Source: Candidatus Latescibacterota bacterium (GTDB lineage: Bacteria; Latescibacterota; UBA2968; SICM01). From it: DNA of 64,000 bases. The notes under the pieces were generated by a model. It made no database searches. It had not been told where the DNA came from and saw only the letters and a program-made list of their open reading frames with translations. Positions 51,583 to 63,044 of the stretch are shown here, in pieces (position 1 is the stretch's first letter; each line of letters opens with the position of its first letter). A program made the translations under genes and the position numbers. Location: NCBI GenBank assembly GCA_965217865.1, contig CBDCJO010000002.1, positions 832,001 through 896,000 on the forward strand, read 5' to 3'.

Positions 51583-53694
51583 ATGGACCGATTAAAACGA
51601 GACTTCTCAAAGGAAGGGACATTGTGGTCTGTTCGTTTGGGAATTTTCGATCTGGCCCCAATTGTCTTCCTCTTGTGGTGCCATGGGTTCCTGAACGTAC
51701 GATATTTAAAGATCGATCCCGTGATGTCTAAGGCACTCCATATATTGTCCTACGTTGTAGGCAGCCGTCTCAATAGAGAGAAGATTGAATATCAGCTAGG
51801 TGACATGCGAACGGCTGATGGCGCATCGTTGCGTTTCTGGGTTGAATCGCGTGCAAGCCAATGGGGTATGACGGTAGCAAAGGAAATTGTAGAAGCTTGG
51901 CAAAACTTTTCTTTGCCGGTCTGGGCGAAATCCGATCGGGCAAGAATATATTTGGAACGACAAGGCATCTGGGAAGGAGAAAAGGATCTGTTAATGGAAC
52001 TGGTCACTGTAGTAGCATTGGGCCAAAAAAAAATAAAGGAAGAGGGATCAACGGGATGCCATTATTTTCTATGCCCGGATTGTCTCAAGTGCCGTTCCAT
52101 TGAAAAGGAGATCCTTGAGACTGGATTCAAGGTTCTCATCTCTTCGTCTTATATTCCAACGTTATTATACTACCCTAGGTTTTGTAGGAGATTGTATAAA
52201 ATTTTAACAATTTCCCGTTTGGTCGAGGCTCTGTCCAATCGAGGAAGAAAAGAGTGTCTCAAAAATAACCTGGCCGTTCAATACGTAGAAGGCATAGACC
52301 TTTCCCGGCGGTCGGAGCTGTTCTGGTATCCAGAAAGCGGAGTTGGGCCTGAAGTTATTTTCTTTTACTTCAATTTCCAAAGTATTGTCGATTCGACACA
52401 ACCATTAAGAGATCTAGAGGCGATGGGTATACACACCATTGTATTAAATCCTGAGTCGGGGCCTCAAGCCGTTCCAAAAACAGAAATCAATTCCTGGACT
52501 CCGAACCCGAAATGGCTCCCATCAATTCAGTTAGTCAATACGCTTCCAGGATTTATTTGGTTTTTAATTCGGTCAAAGGATCATTTTTTTCCGTTCCTGG
52601 TATGGTCCGCCAGGGTCTGGCATGACCTCTCGAGAAAAACCTTGTATTGGTTGCGTTTCATAACAGAAAATCATATCGCACTCAATCTATATGCGGATGA
52701 AGGACAAGAGTCGGTTGCACAACACGTTGCTGTTGACCTTTGCGGCGGCATCCAAATCGGCCGGCAACGGTCAGAAATATGGAGGCCTCCAGATAACTTA
52801 CTCGGATTTTATCATGGCCACATTCATTTTGTTTGGGGTCGGCATTATATCGAAAGGCTGCAGCAAGGCCATAATGGCCTTTCCTACTGTATAATAACGG
52901 GATTTACTTACGATCATACCTTTTCGGAAGCCAGAAATAAAGGTTCGGAGATTCGAAAAATAATTGTTAACTCCGGAGCGAAATTGATTATTTGTCTCTA
53001 TGACGCCATTGTTCGTGACCACATGTATTCCGAAAGAATGATTAGAAATATATACACGGGATTCATCGAGTGGGTGGAAAGTGATTCAACCGTTGGTTTG
53101 ATCATAAAGTCAAAGAAGCCGGAAATTTTGCTGGGAGTACCAGATATTTCCCGGCGCCTACAGCACCTTCAAGATTCCACTGGACGTTGTATACTCCTTG
53201 ATCCAAAGACGCAACCAGCGACGGGAGCTTTTGCATCTGACTTTGCAGTGGGGCTCGGAATTAGTTCTGCTGTGACCGAAGCCGCTATCGCAGGTGTCCG
53301 AGGAATTCATTGCGATCTGAGGAGCCTGCGTTCTCACGAGTACTATAAATGGGGTTACGGGCGTGTTATCTTCGACGACACTAAATTTATGATCGATAAT
53401 CTTAAGTCATTCAAGGAAAACCCTAACAACAACCCGACATTGGGGGATTTTAATCCAATTATAGATGACCTCGACCCATTCCGAGATGGACAGGCTGGTT
53501 ATCGCGCGGGGCAATATATGCGCGGGCTTCAGGAAGGATTTAATCAGGGACTCCATCGGGAGGATGTTATGAACAGAGCCAATGATCTCTACGCTGATGC
53601 TTGGGGTGCAGACAAGGTGATCGATATGCGAAAAGTTGAGGATTCTCAGGCAATGGACAATAGTCTTTATCAATCAAGGAAGGCGAACCCTTGA
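51583..53694 (+). CDS. Large glycan-biosynthesis hypothetical protein (GT-B/ulosonyltransferase-like, inferred)
   Basis: 703-aa ORF inside the nonulosonate cluster; HFVWG, IIKSK, SAVTEAA, DPFRDG motifs. Confidence 0.6.
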   Translation: MDRLKRDFSKEGTLWSVRLGIFDLAPIVFLLWCHGFLNVRYLKIDPVMSKALHILSYVVGSRLNREKIEYQLGDMRTADGASLRFWVESRASQWGMTVAKEIVEAWQNFSLPVWAKSDRARIYLERQGIWEGEKDLLMELVTVVALGQKKIKEEGSTGCHYFLCPDCLKCRSIEKEILETGFKVLISSSYIPTLLYYPRFCRRLYKILTISRLVEALSNRGRKECLKNNLAVQYVEGIDLSRRSELFWYPESGVGPEVIFFYFNFQSIVDSTQPLRDLEAMGIHTIVLNPESGPQAVPKTEINSWTPNPKWLPSIQLVNTLPGFIWFLIRSKDHFFPFLVWSARVWHDLSRKTLYWLRFITENHIALNLYADEGQESVAQHVAVDLCGGIQIGRQRSEIWRPPDNLLGFYHGHIHFVWGRHYIERLQQGHNGLSYCIITGFTYDHTFSEARNKGSEIRKIIVNSGAKLIICLYDAIVRDHMYSERMIRNIYTGFIEWVESDSTVGLIIKSKKPEILLGVPDISRRLQHLQDSTGRCILLDPKTQPATGAFASDFAVGLGISSAVTEAAIAGVRGIHCDLRSLRSHEYYKWGYGRVIFDDTKFMIDNLKSFKENPNNNPTLGDFNPIIDDLDPFRDGQAGYRAGQYMRGLQEGFNQGLHREDVMNRANDLYADAWGADKVIDMRKVEDSQAMDNSLYQSRKANP

Positions 53695-55634
53695 AGGCCT
53701 TGGTATTCTTCGATGCCTGGTGTGCAGACTCGGGAATTTTCCCCCCAGATGACGAAGAAACGGGCTGGGTGGCGCTAGATCCTCGCGCTATGAACCACCT
53801 GATCCAGCGCGGTATCCCAAAGCAGCGAATTCAATCTGAGGTTGGATGGATAACGACTGAGAGACGAGAGCACCTGGTCCGATGTTCCGATGATTCGTTG
53901 CAATGGTTACGGAAACAAGCCAGGTTTCCGGAACTTGAGGACCTCGAATGGAGCCTTTCCGAACTCCTCTTGTGGTATGCCTATTGGGTGGTAAACTACT
54001 GCCTTTGGGTGTTGGAGTTGAACTCGGTTTTTTCGGACTTCTATAAACCGGAAGTTCTCCGGGCGGGGAATCCCTCCCGTATTTCCCACGATAATGCATT
54101 TATCACAGAGCAGGATGGACTTTTGGCAAATCTCACGGCCAGCTTTGCCCGAAACCGAAACATCCGATTCGAGCCGATTGAATATAATCGAACTAATGGC
54201 GGGAAACCCGATCGGTGGCTTTCTCCGGCCATTTCCGGACGGATAAACAAACTGATCCAGTTTATCCGCTCAAGGTACAACGGCGCCAAGCAGTTGAGGT
54301 CCGTAAAAGCATTTGCCGCATCGAGAACCGACCTGATCCTGGCGACAACGCTTACCTATCGAATGGGAACCCTCATCGAATATCTCAGGAACAAAGGCTG
54401 CAACACAACGGCCTTTTTGCTTGATGATGAACCGGTGAAGCCGTTCGACGGGAGCTTTAGGATGTCCGAGATATCAGCGTGTCTTCCGAGAGAAGTTGAA
54501 GGATGGCGGTATATTAAAGAACGGATGAATACCCTTTCAACTGCGGTTGAGGGGGATCCGGATTTTTTTTCCCATTCCGGGGTTTCTTACGGAAAGCCCC
54601 TTGCGAGTAAGTTGCAAGAGGGCATTGGCCCCTGGATGTTCAGGGTTTTGCACAGGGCCTCTTCAACCGAAGAAATCGTCCGGAATGTAAAACCCAATGT
54701 GGTGGTGGCCGCGGGCGATCTGGATGACGATCGGTTCACCGGCGCGATCTGTAGGCGATGGAATGTCCCCGGAATTATGATATCCCACGGATCTCACGTT
54801 GTTCCCAAATCCGAGGCCGAGCATATCGAATGGGGAACACACACGATAGGAAAGATGCGATCGTCTTTTCAATTTCAGGCGTTACAATCGCCCCTTGCAG
54901 AAGCTCATCGAATGGTTTTTCCTTCAGATGGCACTTCAATTCGAACCGGCCCTTTGCTGTGGGGATCGGCCATCGACCCTGGGCTTGCGCAAGCCCTTCG
55001 ACGGGAATTACTTGGAAACTGGGATGGGCGTGTCATTTTGCACGCCGGTACGCCGAAGGGGGGCCGGAGCACCAGGTTTTATATATATGAAACTCCGAAT
55101 GAGTATGTTCAGGGAATCGTCGACCTTGCGGAAGCCGTTAAAGCGCTGTCAGAAGTTCGTTTGATCGTGAAATTCCGGCCGTCGAAGCATATCAGCATTG
55201 AAGATTTAAAGTCCCAGGTGGAATTTTCGGATCGGGTCATCTTGAGTGTGGATGAGCCTTTTCTGGATGTTCTCGGGTTCTCTAATCTCATGGTCAGCTT
55301 TTCATCGACCACAATTGAGGAAGCCCTTGCAAACTGCATCCCCGTGGTCTTTTATGGAGGTGATGGGCGCTATCAGCATGTTGAAGCACCTGTCTATCGT
55401 CCGGGGGAAGCCTTACCTGTCTCCCCGGTCTACGCCATAAAGGATTCTACCCACCTTTCCGCAGGGCTTGAAAACGTGTTGGCACTCACAAAGGAATTGA
55501 CTTCAGAGGCGTTCAGACCTTTCCGGTTTTCCCCGGAGCAAATCGATCCGATCGAGGATTTTTTGGGCCAATTCCTCAATGGTGAAACAAGCACCCCGGA
55601 AACAGTAGGGGCGGAAAATGCATCGTCTCTTTGA
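53691..55634 (+). CDS. Capsule/surface-glycan biosynthesis hypothetical protein (GT-B-like)
   Basis: 647 aa; ISHGSH, IVKFRP, SSTTIEEAL. Confidence 0.62.
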   Translation: MKALVFFDAWCADSGIFPPDDEETGWVALDPRAMNHLIQRGIPKQRIQSEVGWITTERREHLVRCSDDSLQWLRKQARFPELEDLEWSLSELLLWYAYWVVNYCLWVLELNSVFSDFYKPEVLRAGNPSRISHDNAFITEQDGLLANLTASFARNRNIRFEPIEYNRTNGGKPDRWLSPAISGRINKLIQFIRSRYNGAKQLRSVKAFAASRTDLILATTLTYRMGTLIEYLRNKGCNTTAFLLDDEPVKPFDGSFRMSEISACLPREVEGWRYIKERMNTLSTAVEGDPDFFSHSGVSYGKPLASKLQEGIGPWMFRVLHRASSTEEIVRNVKPNVVVAAGDLDDDRFTGAICRRWNVPGIMISHGSHVVPKSEAEHIEWGTHTIGKMRSSFQFQALQSPLAEAHRMVFPSDGTSIRTGPLLWGSAIDPGLAQALRRELLGNWDGRVILHAGTPKGGRSTRFYIYETPNEYVQGIVDLAEAVKALSEVRLIVKFRPSKHISIEDLKSQVEFSDRVILSVDEPFLDVLGFSNLMVSFSSTTIEEALANCIPVVFYGGDGRYQHVEAPVYRPGEALPVSPVYAIKDSTHLSAGLENVLALTKELTSEAFRPFRFSPEQIDPIEDFLGQFLNGETSTPETVGAENASSL

Positions 55635-56298
55635 CGAGTTTATCCATCCATTGCTGAATGCTTCCAGACCGCGGTCTTTGCTTGAAATCGGGGTTTTGCA
55701 CGGCAAGAATACTCTGAATCTGTTGCGGTGGTGTGCGGGTAATGGGGCCCATCTGACTTCCCTTGACCCGGTGGAGTGGACTGGAGATCTTCCGGACGAA
55801 TTTAGAAGGGGTGACTCGAACTATAAATACAAAAGGGGGCAACCCAGATTCGAGGATTGGAAGATTCGGCCGGAGGGGCTGGAGGAGGCCTTCAGAGAGG
55901 GTTTGGATCGATATTGGACATGCAAAAAAAAGCGGAGTCTGGATTACTTTGTCTCACCGGAGGTCGATTCTTTCGATGCTTACGTGATCGATGGCGACCA
56001 CAACTTTTTTACGGTGATCACTGAACTCTTCATGATTCACCGATTCGTCCGCAAAGGCACGGCAATTTTCCTGCACGATGTCGCAAAGACAACGAATGCG
56101 CGGCGGGACGAGTATTACGATCCGACGCTGATACCAGATCACCAGATCGACGGCCCCCAACAGGGGATCCTGACAGCGATAGAGGTTTTTCTTAGCAAAA
56201 TTGGGGGAAGGGGTCTGGGAAGACGTTTTTTCGCGCCCTACGAGTTTCATATCCTGACCAAGAAACACGATGGCCTGGGCTTTCTTATTCATCGTTGA
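55618..56298 (+). CDS. Class I SAM-dependent methyltransferase (Methyltransf_24-like)
   Basis: LLEIGV, IDGDHN, FLHD, QGILTAIE. Confidence 0.85.
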   Translation: MHRLFDEFIHPLLNASRPRSLLEIGVLHGKNTLNLLRWCAGNGAHLTSLDPVEWTGDLPDEFRRGDSNYKYKRGQPRFEDWKIRPEGLEEAFREGLDRYWTCKKKRSLDYFVSPEVDSFDAYVIDGDHNFFTVITELFMIHRFVRKGTAIFLHDVAKTTNARRDEYYDPTLIPDHQIDGPQQGILTAIEVFLSKIGGRGLGRRFFAPYEFHILTKKHDGLGFLIHR

Positions 56299-57140
56299 AT
56301 AAATATCACTATCCGGATCATTTAAGGGGTTGTCTTTTGATTCTTGGCCCTGTAAGAATGACTATAAGAGTGATTAAGAGGTGCCTAAAGGGAATACTGG
56401 GTTCTTTGATTGCCCATTCCAAGACTGGAAGCTTCAGACCATTTTTCGACGAAAACAAAGGAATTGAAAATTTGACAAAAAAGAGCCTTCTGTCATGGAT
56501 TTACTATCATCAGCATTACATTGTAGGCAACAACAACCGATTTATGGGAGCCCGAGCTCTAAAGAATCCGATGGATGCATGGGTTTATCAGGAGATAATT
56601 TATGAATTAAAACCTGATATCATTTTGGAAGTGGGTAACAAGGAGGGGGGCACGATTCTCTATTTTGCGATGTTGTTAGACATGATAGGAAAAGGGCGAG
56701 TTCTTGCATTAGATCTGGACCATAGCAGATGTTGCGTTCGACATCAAAGGATTACACTGATTACGGGAAGTTCGTGGGACAAGGAGATTATCAAGCGTGT
56801 TTATGATGAATGTAAGGGGAAGGCGGTTTTGATAATCCACGATGCAGACCATACTCGAGAAGGGGTCTTAAAGGATTTGAGAAATTATGAAGGGCTTGTT
56901 TCACCTCCAAGTTACTTCATTGTGGAAGATACAATTGAAGGTCTAAGAGGGTTTGTTTTTGATCGAAGTGACCGATATAGATGGTTCATACGACCTAGTC
57001 GGAACACTGCATTACAGGCAGTCGAAACTTTTCTATCTGAGAACAAGCGATTCATCGTTGATCGAACAAGAGAAAAATGGGTACTGACTTCTAATTACAA
57101 AGGATATTTAAAATGCGTTGGTCAAAAAAATCCTAGTTGA
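56295..57140 (+). CDS. CmcI/cephalosporin-hydroxylase-family (rhamnosyl O-methyltransferase-like) protein
   Basis: KNPMDAWVYQEIIYELKPDIILEVG, DADHT, YFIVEDT, GYLK. Confidence 0.88.
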   Translation: MNKYHYPDHLRGCLLILGPVRMTIRVIKRCLKGILGSLIAHSKTGSFRPFFDENKGIENLTKKSLLSWIYYHQHYIVGNNNRFMGARALKNPMDAWVYQEIIYELKPDIILEVGNKEGGTILYFAMLLDMIGKGRVLALDLDHSRCCVRHQRITLITGSSWDKEIIKRVYDECKGKAVLIIHDADHTREGVLKDLRNYEGLVSPPSYFIVEDTIEGLRGFVFDRSDRYRWFIRPSRNTALQAVETFLSENKRFIVDRTREKWVLTSNYKGYLKCVGQKNPS

Positions 57141-57181
57141 ATTTGTTCCCGGTAAAAATAGTTACATTTGGTAGTAATGCA

Positions 57182-57913
57182 ATGGTCAAATCCAAACATA
57201 TAACTGCCATGATACCGGCGCGAATGGGAAGCCAGCGCCTTTCTCAGAAGAACTTGGTGTTGCTGGCTGGAGAGCCCCTAGTATCATATGCGATCCACGC
57301 GGCAAAAGGCTCCCGAGTGTTCGACCGGGTGGTGGTCAACTCGGAAAATCAGGTTTTCGAAGAGGTGGCTCAGCTTTATGGCGCGGAGTTTTACCTTAGG
57401 CCCGATCATCTTGCCACCTCCGAAGCACGCTCGGACGACGTGGTAAGGGATTTTATCCTCAATCATCCCACGGATGTGGTGGTTTGGGTGAACCCGATTG
57501 CACCGTTGCAGCCCAGCCAGGAGGTTCAGGCTGTTGTGACTCATTTTGTGGAAAAAAACCTGGATAGCTTAATTACGGTCCGTGAGGAGATGGTCCATTG
57601 CAATTTCAGGGGGAGACCCCTAAATTACAACCCTGAGGAGAAGTTTGCCAGGACGCAGGACCTTGACCCTATCGAGAGGTTCGTTTATTCGCTGATGATT
57701 TGGAAGACAGAGACTTTTATGACAACCTATGACCAGAAAGGATATGCCTTTCTTTTTGGGAAGATGGGATTTTATCCCGTCTGCAGGGAGTCGGCGATTA
57801 TTGTCAAAAAGGAAGAGGACATTCGTATGTGTGAGTACATCCTGACCGGTATGCGTGAAAAAAGGGAAGAGCCGCTCGAGTACTTCCAGGTCACCGAGGG
57901 AGAGGCGGGATGA
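57182..57913 (+). CDS. Acylneuraminate cytidylyltransferase (NeuA family)
   Basis: AMIPARMGSQRLSQKNL, RTQDL. Confidence 0.88.
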   Translation: MVKSKHITAMIPARMGSQRLSQKNLVLLAGEPLVSYAIHAAKGSRVFDRVVVNSENQVFEEVAQLYGAEFYLRPDHLATSEARSDDVVRDFILNHPTDVVVWVNPIAPLQPSQEVQAVVTHFVEKNLDSLITVREEMVHCNFRGRPLNYNPEEKFARTQDLDPIERFVYSLMIWKTETFMTTYDQKGYAFLFGKMGFYPVCRESAIIVKKEEDIRMCEYILTGMREKREEPLEYFQVTEGEAG

Positions 57914-59062
57914 ACGGATCGGACGAGGCGGTTAATGTGCTCATCGTTGGGGCAGGCATGTATGTCTGTGGTGGGGATATGGGGGGTTTCGGGACGGTAC
58001 TGCCCACTCTGGTGCATGCCCGGAGCCAGGGTTTGGTCAACGAGATTCACGTTGCCGCCACCAAGGTGGAGAGCATCCAACGTTTAAAAAATCAATTGGA
58101 GGGATTAAATCGGCATCTGGATACCGATTGCATTATTGAGGGATATCCCACGGGCGAGGGTCGGGATCCGGATGCCTATAAACAGGCAATCGAACGCCTT
58201 CCCCGTCCGGCCTGTGCAATCGTTGTTGTCCCAGACCATCTTCACGCATCGATTACCGCTGAAGTCATCAGAGCCGGGATCCACGTCATGGTGGTCAAAC
58301 CCCTTGCCCCAACGATGGCGGAGGGCCGACAACTGGCCATACTGGCCGAGGAGTTCGATGTATTCGGGGCTGTGGAGTTCCACAAACGCTACGATGAAGC
58401 CAATCTTATTCTACGTCAGGTGATTCTTGACGGCAAGCTTGGAGATCTCTGTTATGTCAGCGTGGAATACAGCCAGCGGCGCAGTGTTCCCGAACACGCC
58501 TTCCGCGAGTGGGTGGAGCGAACCAATATTTTTCAGTATTTGGGCGTGCATTACGTGGATCTCATCTATTTTGCAACGGGTGCCAGACCCCTGCGGGGTT
58601 TGGCCACGTCACAAAATTACTATTTGGTGAATCGGGGAATTGACACACCTGATGCAGTACAACTTGTAGAATGGGAATTGCCGAATGGGCGTCGCTTTGT
58701 CTCGTCCTTTCTGACACACTGGGTGGATCCGGAGACCACCTCCGCGATGTCGGACCAGAAGATTGCTGTGGTTGGGACGGGTGGACGCTATGAAAGCGAT
58801 CAGAAACACCGTGGTGTACAGGTTGTAACAGATGTAAACGGAATAGAGGACATAAATCCATATTTTACACAGATATATAAAGGACCAAACGGTTCTAAGG
58901 ATGTGCACGGTTATGGTCCCCGAAGCATCCTGCAGTTTCTCCAGGATGTTGAGAGTATCCATGCGGGACGTCGAACCGTCGCTGATCTGTCTTCTTCGCG
59001 TCCCTCTTTTCGTGAGGCCCTCGTTTCCACGGCGGTAGTTGAGGGGATTAGCCAGAGCTTAG

Positions 59063-60589
59063 CAGCCCGTTGAAGAACTACCTTTCAACGCACATAAACG
59101 GAAAAGACGCCTGGAGTGCGGGTCAGATAAATCAAGGTAAGGAGATTGAGCAGGAGACGCTGATAAGAGGTTAAAAAGGTGACCGAGGGCAGCAAACGTG
59201 ATTGTAGGACGAGCAGTAGACGCTGCAAGGCCTTGGCCAGGTCCTGGAGGGCCTTCGGAGTACCTACGCCCATCACTTTGCGCATGAGCAGAGCCAGGTT
59301 GCAGCCCCCGATGTGGATCAGCAAACGCTTGAGGATATTGCCGCGGTCTCTCAAGTGCAACCTGCGCATGCCACCGGTATCATATGTGTGAGCGATGGTT
59401 CTTTCCACCCGTTCTGCACGACTTCGGCGCAAGACCTTGCCGCGATCTCCCTTGATCCGGCGTCGATTCGCATATACCGCGGCCTGCTCATCTCGTCGGC
59501 CGTTCCACTTGCGGCGTCCCCGATCCGGTTCTGAAATGTAACTCCGGATGCCGCCTTGCTTCAGACTGGTCAATACATCGTTGCTATGATATCCTTTGTC
59601 CGCAACCACCTCCCGTATACGCTGTCTGTGCAAACGTTTGGCAGCTTTTTCGTCCTTCGCGACCTGCTTGAGATTGAGCTGCGCCTCGAGCAGCGTCCAG
59701 GGCAACGACTCGGTATCTCCTTCATCTGCTCCCGACAACGCCACTGCCACAATGGCATTGGTGTCCAGATCCACCGCGTGCTCCACCTTGTGCGCCATGT
59801 GCGTGCGACCGTCCTTCATCTTAGCGATCTTGGCATCCGGGTCGTGCGGGTGCTCCCAGTCCTGGTTCGATCCCTTCTTCGGTCGCTTCTTATCGATCTT
59901 GGACAAGTCCTCGCGGGTAGGCGTTTCAATGCCCGAGGCCTTGGCCAGATTCTCAAGGAATGCCTGGTAGCCTTCACCCGTGTCACGGCGTACAATGCTG
60001 CGCATCGCGGCGTTGGCCTCCAGTGTCGTAGCATCCACGCCCAACGTCTTCCCCTTCACCAGACCCGCTTTGCACAAGACCCTCAGGATCCACTTGAAAA
60101 CCGCTTCGTGAACTTCCAAGGGAAGCCGATGCCGGATGCGAGACAGGCTGGAATGATCCGGGGTCTGTTCGTCAAGGGCATACCCCAAAAACCGGCGCAA
60201 CGTCAGCGAGTCAGATACACGCCATTCGATCCCACGTTCCGAATCAAGTCCCTCGAAATACCCAATCAAAAGCATCCGAAAATAAACCCCGGGCGGAATG
60301 CCCTTGCGACCCATATGAGGAGCGTAATACCGCTGGCAAAGCCCCTCGACGAACTCGTCGAAGCCGTTCGCCCCCAATACCTGATTCAGCTTCTCGTAGA
60401 ACGGATGACCCGGAGATTTCACCAAAGTGTTCGATGCGATGTTCAGGTTTTCCTGTCTCTGTCGTCCTCGTTTTCCCATTGCCATTTGCTCGTCCTCCCT
60501 TCTCAGTTTGAACCTGATATATCATAGGACCAAACCACAAGGAAAGACAACAGTCATCTTGGCATAAATGCACTTTTTCAACAGGCTGA
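59063..60589 (-). mobile_element. IS5/IS1182-like insertion sequence, copy 4 (1527 bp)
   Basis: Same TIRs (terminal base differs); TAG flanks. Confidence 0.95.
59085..60485 (-). CDS. DDE transposase (IS5/IS1182-like)
   Basis: Two substitutions (F>N, A>V) versus copies 1 and 2. Confidence 0.95.
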   Translation of the reverse strand: MAMGKRGRQRQENLNIASNTLVKSPGHPFYEKLNQVLGANGFDEFVEGLCQRYYAPHMGRKGIPPGVYFRMLLIGYFEGLDSERGIEWRVSDSLTLRRFLGYALDEQTPDHSSLSRIRHRLPLEVHEAVFKWILRVLCKAGLVKGKTLGVDATTLEANAAMRSIVRRDTGEGYQAFLENLAKASGIETPTREDLSKIDKKRPKKGSNQDWEHPHDPDAKIAKMKDGRTHMAHKVEHAVDLDTNAIVAVALSGADEGDTESLPWTLLEAQLNLKQVAKDEKAAKRLHRQRIREVVADKGYHSNDVLTSLKQGGIRSYISEPDRGRRKWNGRRDEQAAVYANRRRIKGDRGKVLRRSRAERVERTIAHTYDTGGMRRLHLRDRGNILKRLLIHIGGCNLALLMRKVMGVGTPKALQDLAKALQRLLLVLQSRLLPSVTFLTSYQRLLLNLLTLIYLTRTPGVFSVYVR

Positions 60590-60822
60590 TAGGTGATGGT
60601 GGAAATTGGGTGACGATCGCATCGGCTGATTAACGACCAGATCGTATATGAAGTGGAACTGCTTTGAAGCAGAACTTTATATAAAGTGGCAGTACGAACA
60701 TTATCCACAGCATTGAGACAGTTCCATTGTACGACTATCACCGCCTGTCATTGGCTAGTACGAACAGCTTCTCAGACGTTCCTTCTACATCAGGAATATG
60801 ATTTTTGAGGAGATGCGAAAAA

Positions 60823-61917
60823 ATGAACATAGCACCAGACGACCAAGAGTTATTGAAGCTCATGATAGAAGATACTGGAAACGCTCCAAATATTTACAAA
60901 CCCACCAACTATTGGGCGGTTTGCGAAAAGAGTTTTCTTCCGGAATTGGAAAAATTAGGACTTAGGGATTTTAGAAGGAGAAAAAATTCGATTCAGCAAA
61001 GTTTTGGGGCGACCGATCTGTTTAGACCGCCCCCACAGATTGACTTGCGTAAAAGCAGGATGTTTAATAATCGCATCACCAGGAGAATACCGCTGTGGTC
61101 AAGGTTTCTGTCTTTACAAAACGGCTTACTGAACAGGGTCTTCCCCGTTTCATGTGAAACTTATGAGGCAGGGGAGTCTGATCAGTTGCTTTATGAGTTT
61201 GCCCGTCTTTACGGAGAAAAGGTTGGAGCTAAACCCGTCTATCAGTTTAAAGCGTCTTTAATCGGGAACCCCGAACACGTTATTATGGTCGGGGACAAAC
61301 CGTACACGATATCTATACTATCGTGTTACCTTCAATATGCTTACTGCTGTAATTACATCGACTTTGATGGTGTTAAAATCTTGGTTGAGTTGGGGTGTGG
61401 TTCTGGAAAACAGGTTGAAGTGATTAAAAAGCTGCATCCGGATATCTGTTTTTTGTTGTTCGACATCCCGCCGCAGGTATATGTATGTGAGCAATACCTA
61501 AAGTCAGTGTTCCCCGGTGATGTTGTGTCTTATAGAGATACAAAACAGATGGACTCAGTGACAGATATTCGCGGGGGAAGAATTTTTATTTTTGGCAACT
61601 GGAAGTTTCCAATAATAGGACAGTTGCGAGCTGATCTGTTTTGGAATTCCGCGAGCTTCCAGGAGATGGAGCCGGATGTAGTGGCGAACTATTTAAAGTA
61701 TATAAACACACAGGCGAGAGCAGTTTATTTGAGAGAAGTTATGGGGGGGAAAGAAGTCGCTTTAACCAGGGGGAGCCCTGGCGTGCTGAAGCAGACGAAG
61801 CTGGAGGATTATAGAAAAGGGCTTGGAAACTTTAAGCTGCACAATATATCTCCGGTTCTTTGGCCCATACGCAAGCGGTCAGGTTATAGCAATTCCTTCT
61901 GGGGGCGGTTGTCCTGA
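60823..61917 (+). CDS. Putative sugar O-methyltransferase
   Basis: YKPTNYW, GNP, LVELGCGSGK, FDIPPQ, WNSASFQEM. Confidence 0.82.
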   Translation: MNIAPDDQELLKLMIEDTGNAPNIYKPTNYWAVCEKSFLPELEKLGLRDFRRRKNSIQQSFGATDLFRPPPQIDLRKSRMFNNRITRRIPLWSRFLSLQNGLLNRVFPVSCETYEAGESDQLLYEFARLYGEKVGAKPVYQFKASLIGNPEHVIMVGDKPYTISILSCYLQYAYCCNYIDFDGVKILVELGCGSGKQVEVIKKLHPDICFLLFDIPPQVYVCEQYLKSVFPGDVVSYRDTKQMDSVTDIRGGRIFIFGNWKFPIIGQLRADLFWNSASFQEMEPDVVANYLKYINTQARAVYLREVMGGKEVALTRGSPGVLKQTKLEDYRKGLGNFKLHNISPVLWPIRKRSGYSNSFWGRLS

Positions 61918-62218
61918 GAACCCCCTACTCCGAAATAGCCAAGGAACTTGACGTAATCGAGAACGAATTCCTGGCTTCGATGGCCTGAATCCTGCATGGC
62001 ACAACCCGAAGGCCAAGGATTGGTATGACGATATCGTCGGCTACGTCGAAAGCGAGTTCTGAGTCCCGGACGAAGAATCTTTGGACCGGAAGGAGCTTGT
62101 AAAGCTTTGTCCGCATCAGAAGGATTCTTGGGCTGATGTTCAGTAGAAGAGCCTAGCTGGTAGATGCCTTAGGAAAAGCGAGCCAATAAGAAATAGTAGA
62201 GGGTTTGGGTTATTGAAT

Positions 62219-62258
62219 AAAAGGCCGAAGGCGATTCCGCCTTTGGTCTTTCCTTTTT
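62219..62258 (+). terminator. Intrinsic terminator, possibly bidirectional
   Basis: AAAAGGCCGAAGGCG-ATTC-CGCCTTTGGTCTTT followed by a T tract. Confidence 0.65.
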
Positions 62259-63044
62259 CAGAGTTTTAAGGAACCATTGCCTCGGCCTCTCTGTAACCCC
62301 TTGTGACATAAAGCACTTGACAACTTAGAAAATTATCCGACATTTAGATGGTTCCGCTCTCCTTGATAATCCGACGCGAGTCTCCTACCCTTATTCGGAT
62401 AGAAACTTTCAATAAAAAAGAATCGATCCTGAATACCCTTCCTTCTCCTTCCATGAACTCGCGGGTAGAGTGTCCGGACAGGTGTTGAACGCCTGATTTA
62501 AGCAACTTTTTCCCCCACGAAAGGAGTTAATCGCCAGGACCTTGTGAAACTTTGTCTGGCTGATTCGAGTTGCCCAGACCGTGGGGGATCCGGGCACCAC
62601 GGAAGCGACCTTGGTCTTATGGATGTTAATGGGTCAAACATACTGTCCATATCTCTATAACACAACATGTTATGAAATTAGACCCCGAAGCCCAGATTCT
62701 ATTCTTACCGCGGCATCCTCCTTTTGGAAACACGAATGAATCAGTGCACGATTTTTGCTAAATTTCAATGTCGAGAGCCTACAGTTTTAGCCGATATATA
62801 GGGATAAGAGCCAAAGCCTAAGGCATCTTCCGACCAGCCGACCCTTTCTCTTCTCCCACCCCCTGGCATTTCAATTCAGATACCCATCCCTGTTCAATGG
62901 ATTCCAATAATTTGTCAACTTAATAAATAACTAACAGTTGGGCGAATATTCGATTGAGCTTCAAACCGATTGACGGTTTGCTCAATCTCTGTAATAATTT
63001 AAAAAATTTTGCCGAACGGTTCAACCTTTCCCTGGATTTGAATC

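Larger units (their letters stand above)
57910..60633 (+). pseudogene. Gfo/Idh/MocA oxidoreductase, interrupted near the C-terminus by IS copy 4
   Basis: LIVGAGMY, VVPDHLH, VVKPL, EFHKRYD; removing the IS restores SQSLGDGGNWVTIASAD* (stop 60633). Confidence 0.85.

Noticed and set aside
61918-63000. Long intergenic region with short ORFs
   Set aside because: No recognisable protein motif, repeat or RNA structure beyond a terminator and promoter-like hexamers.
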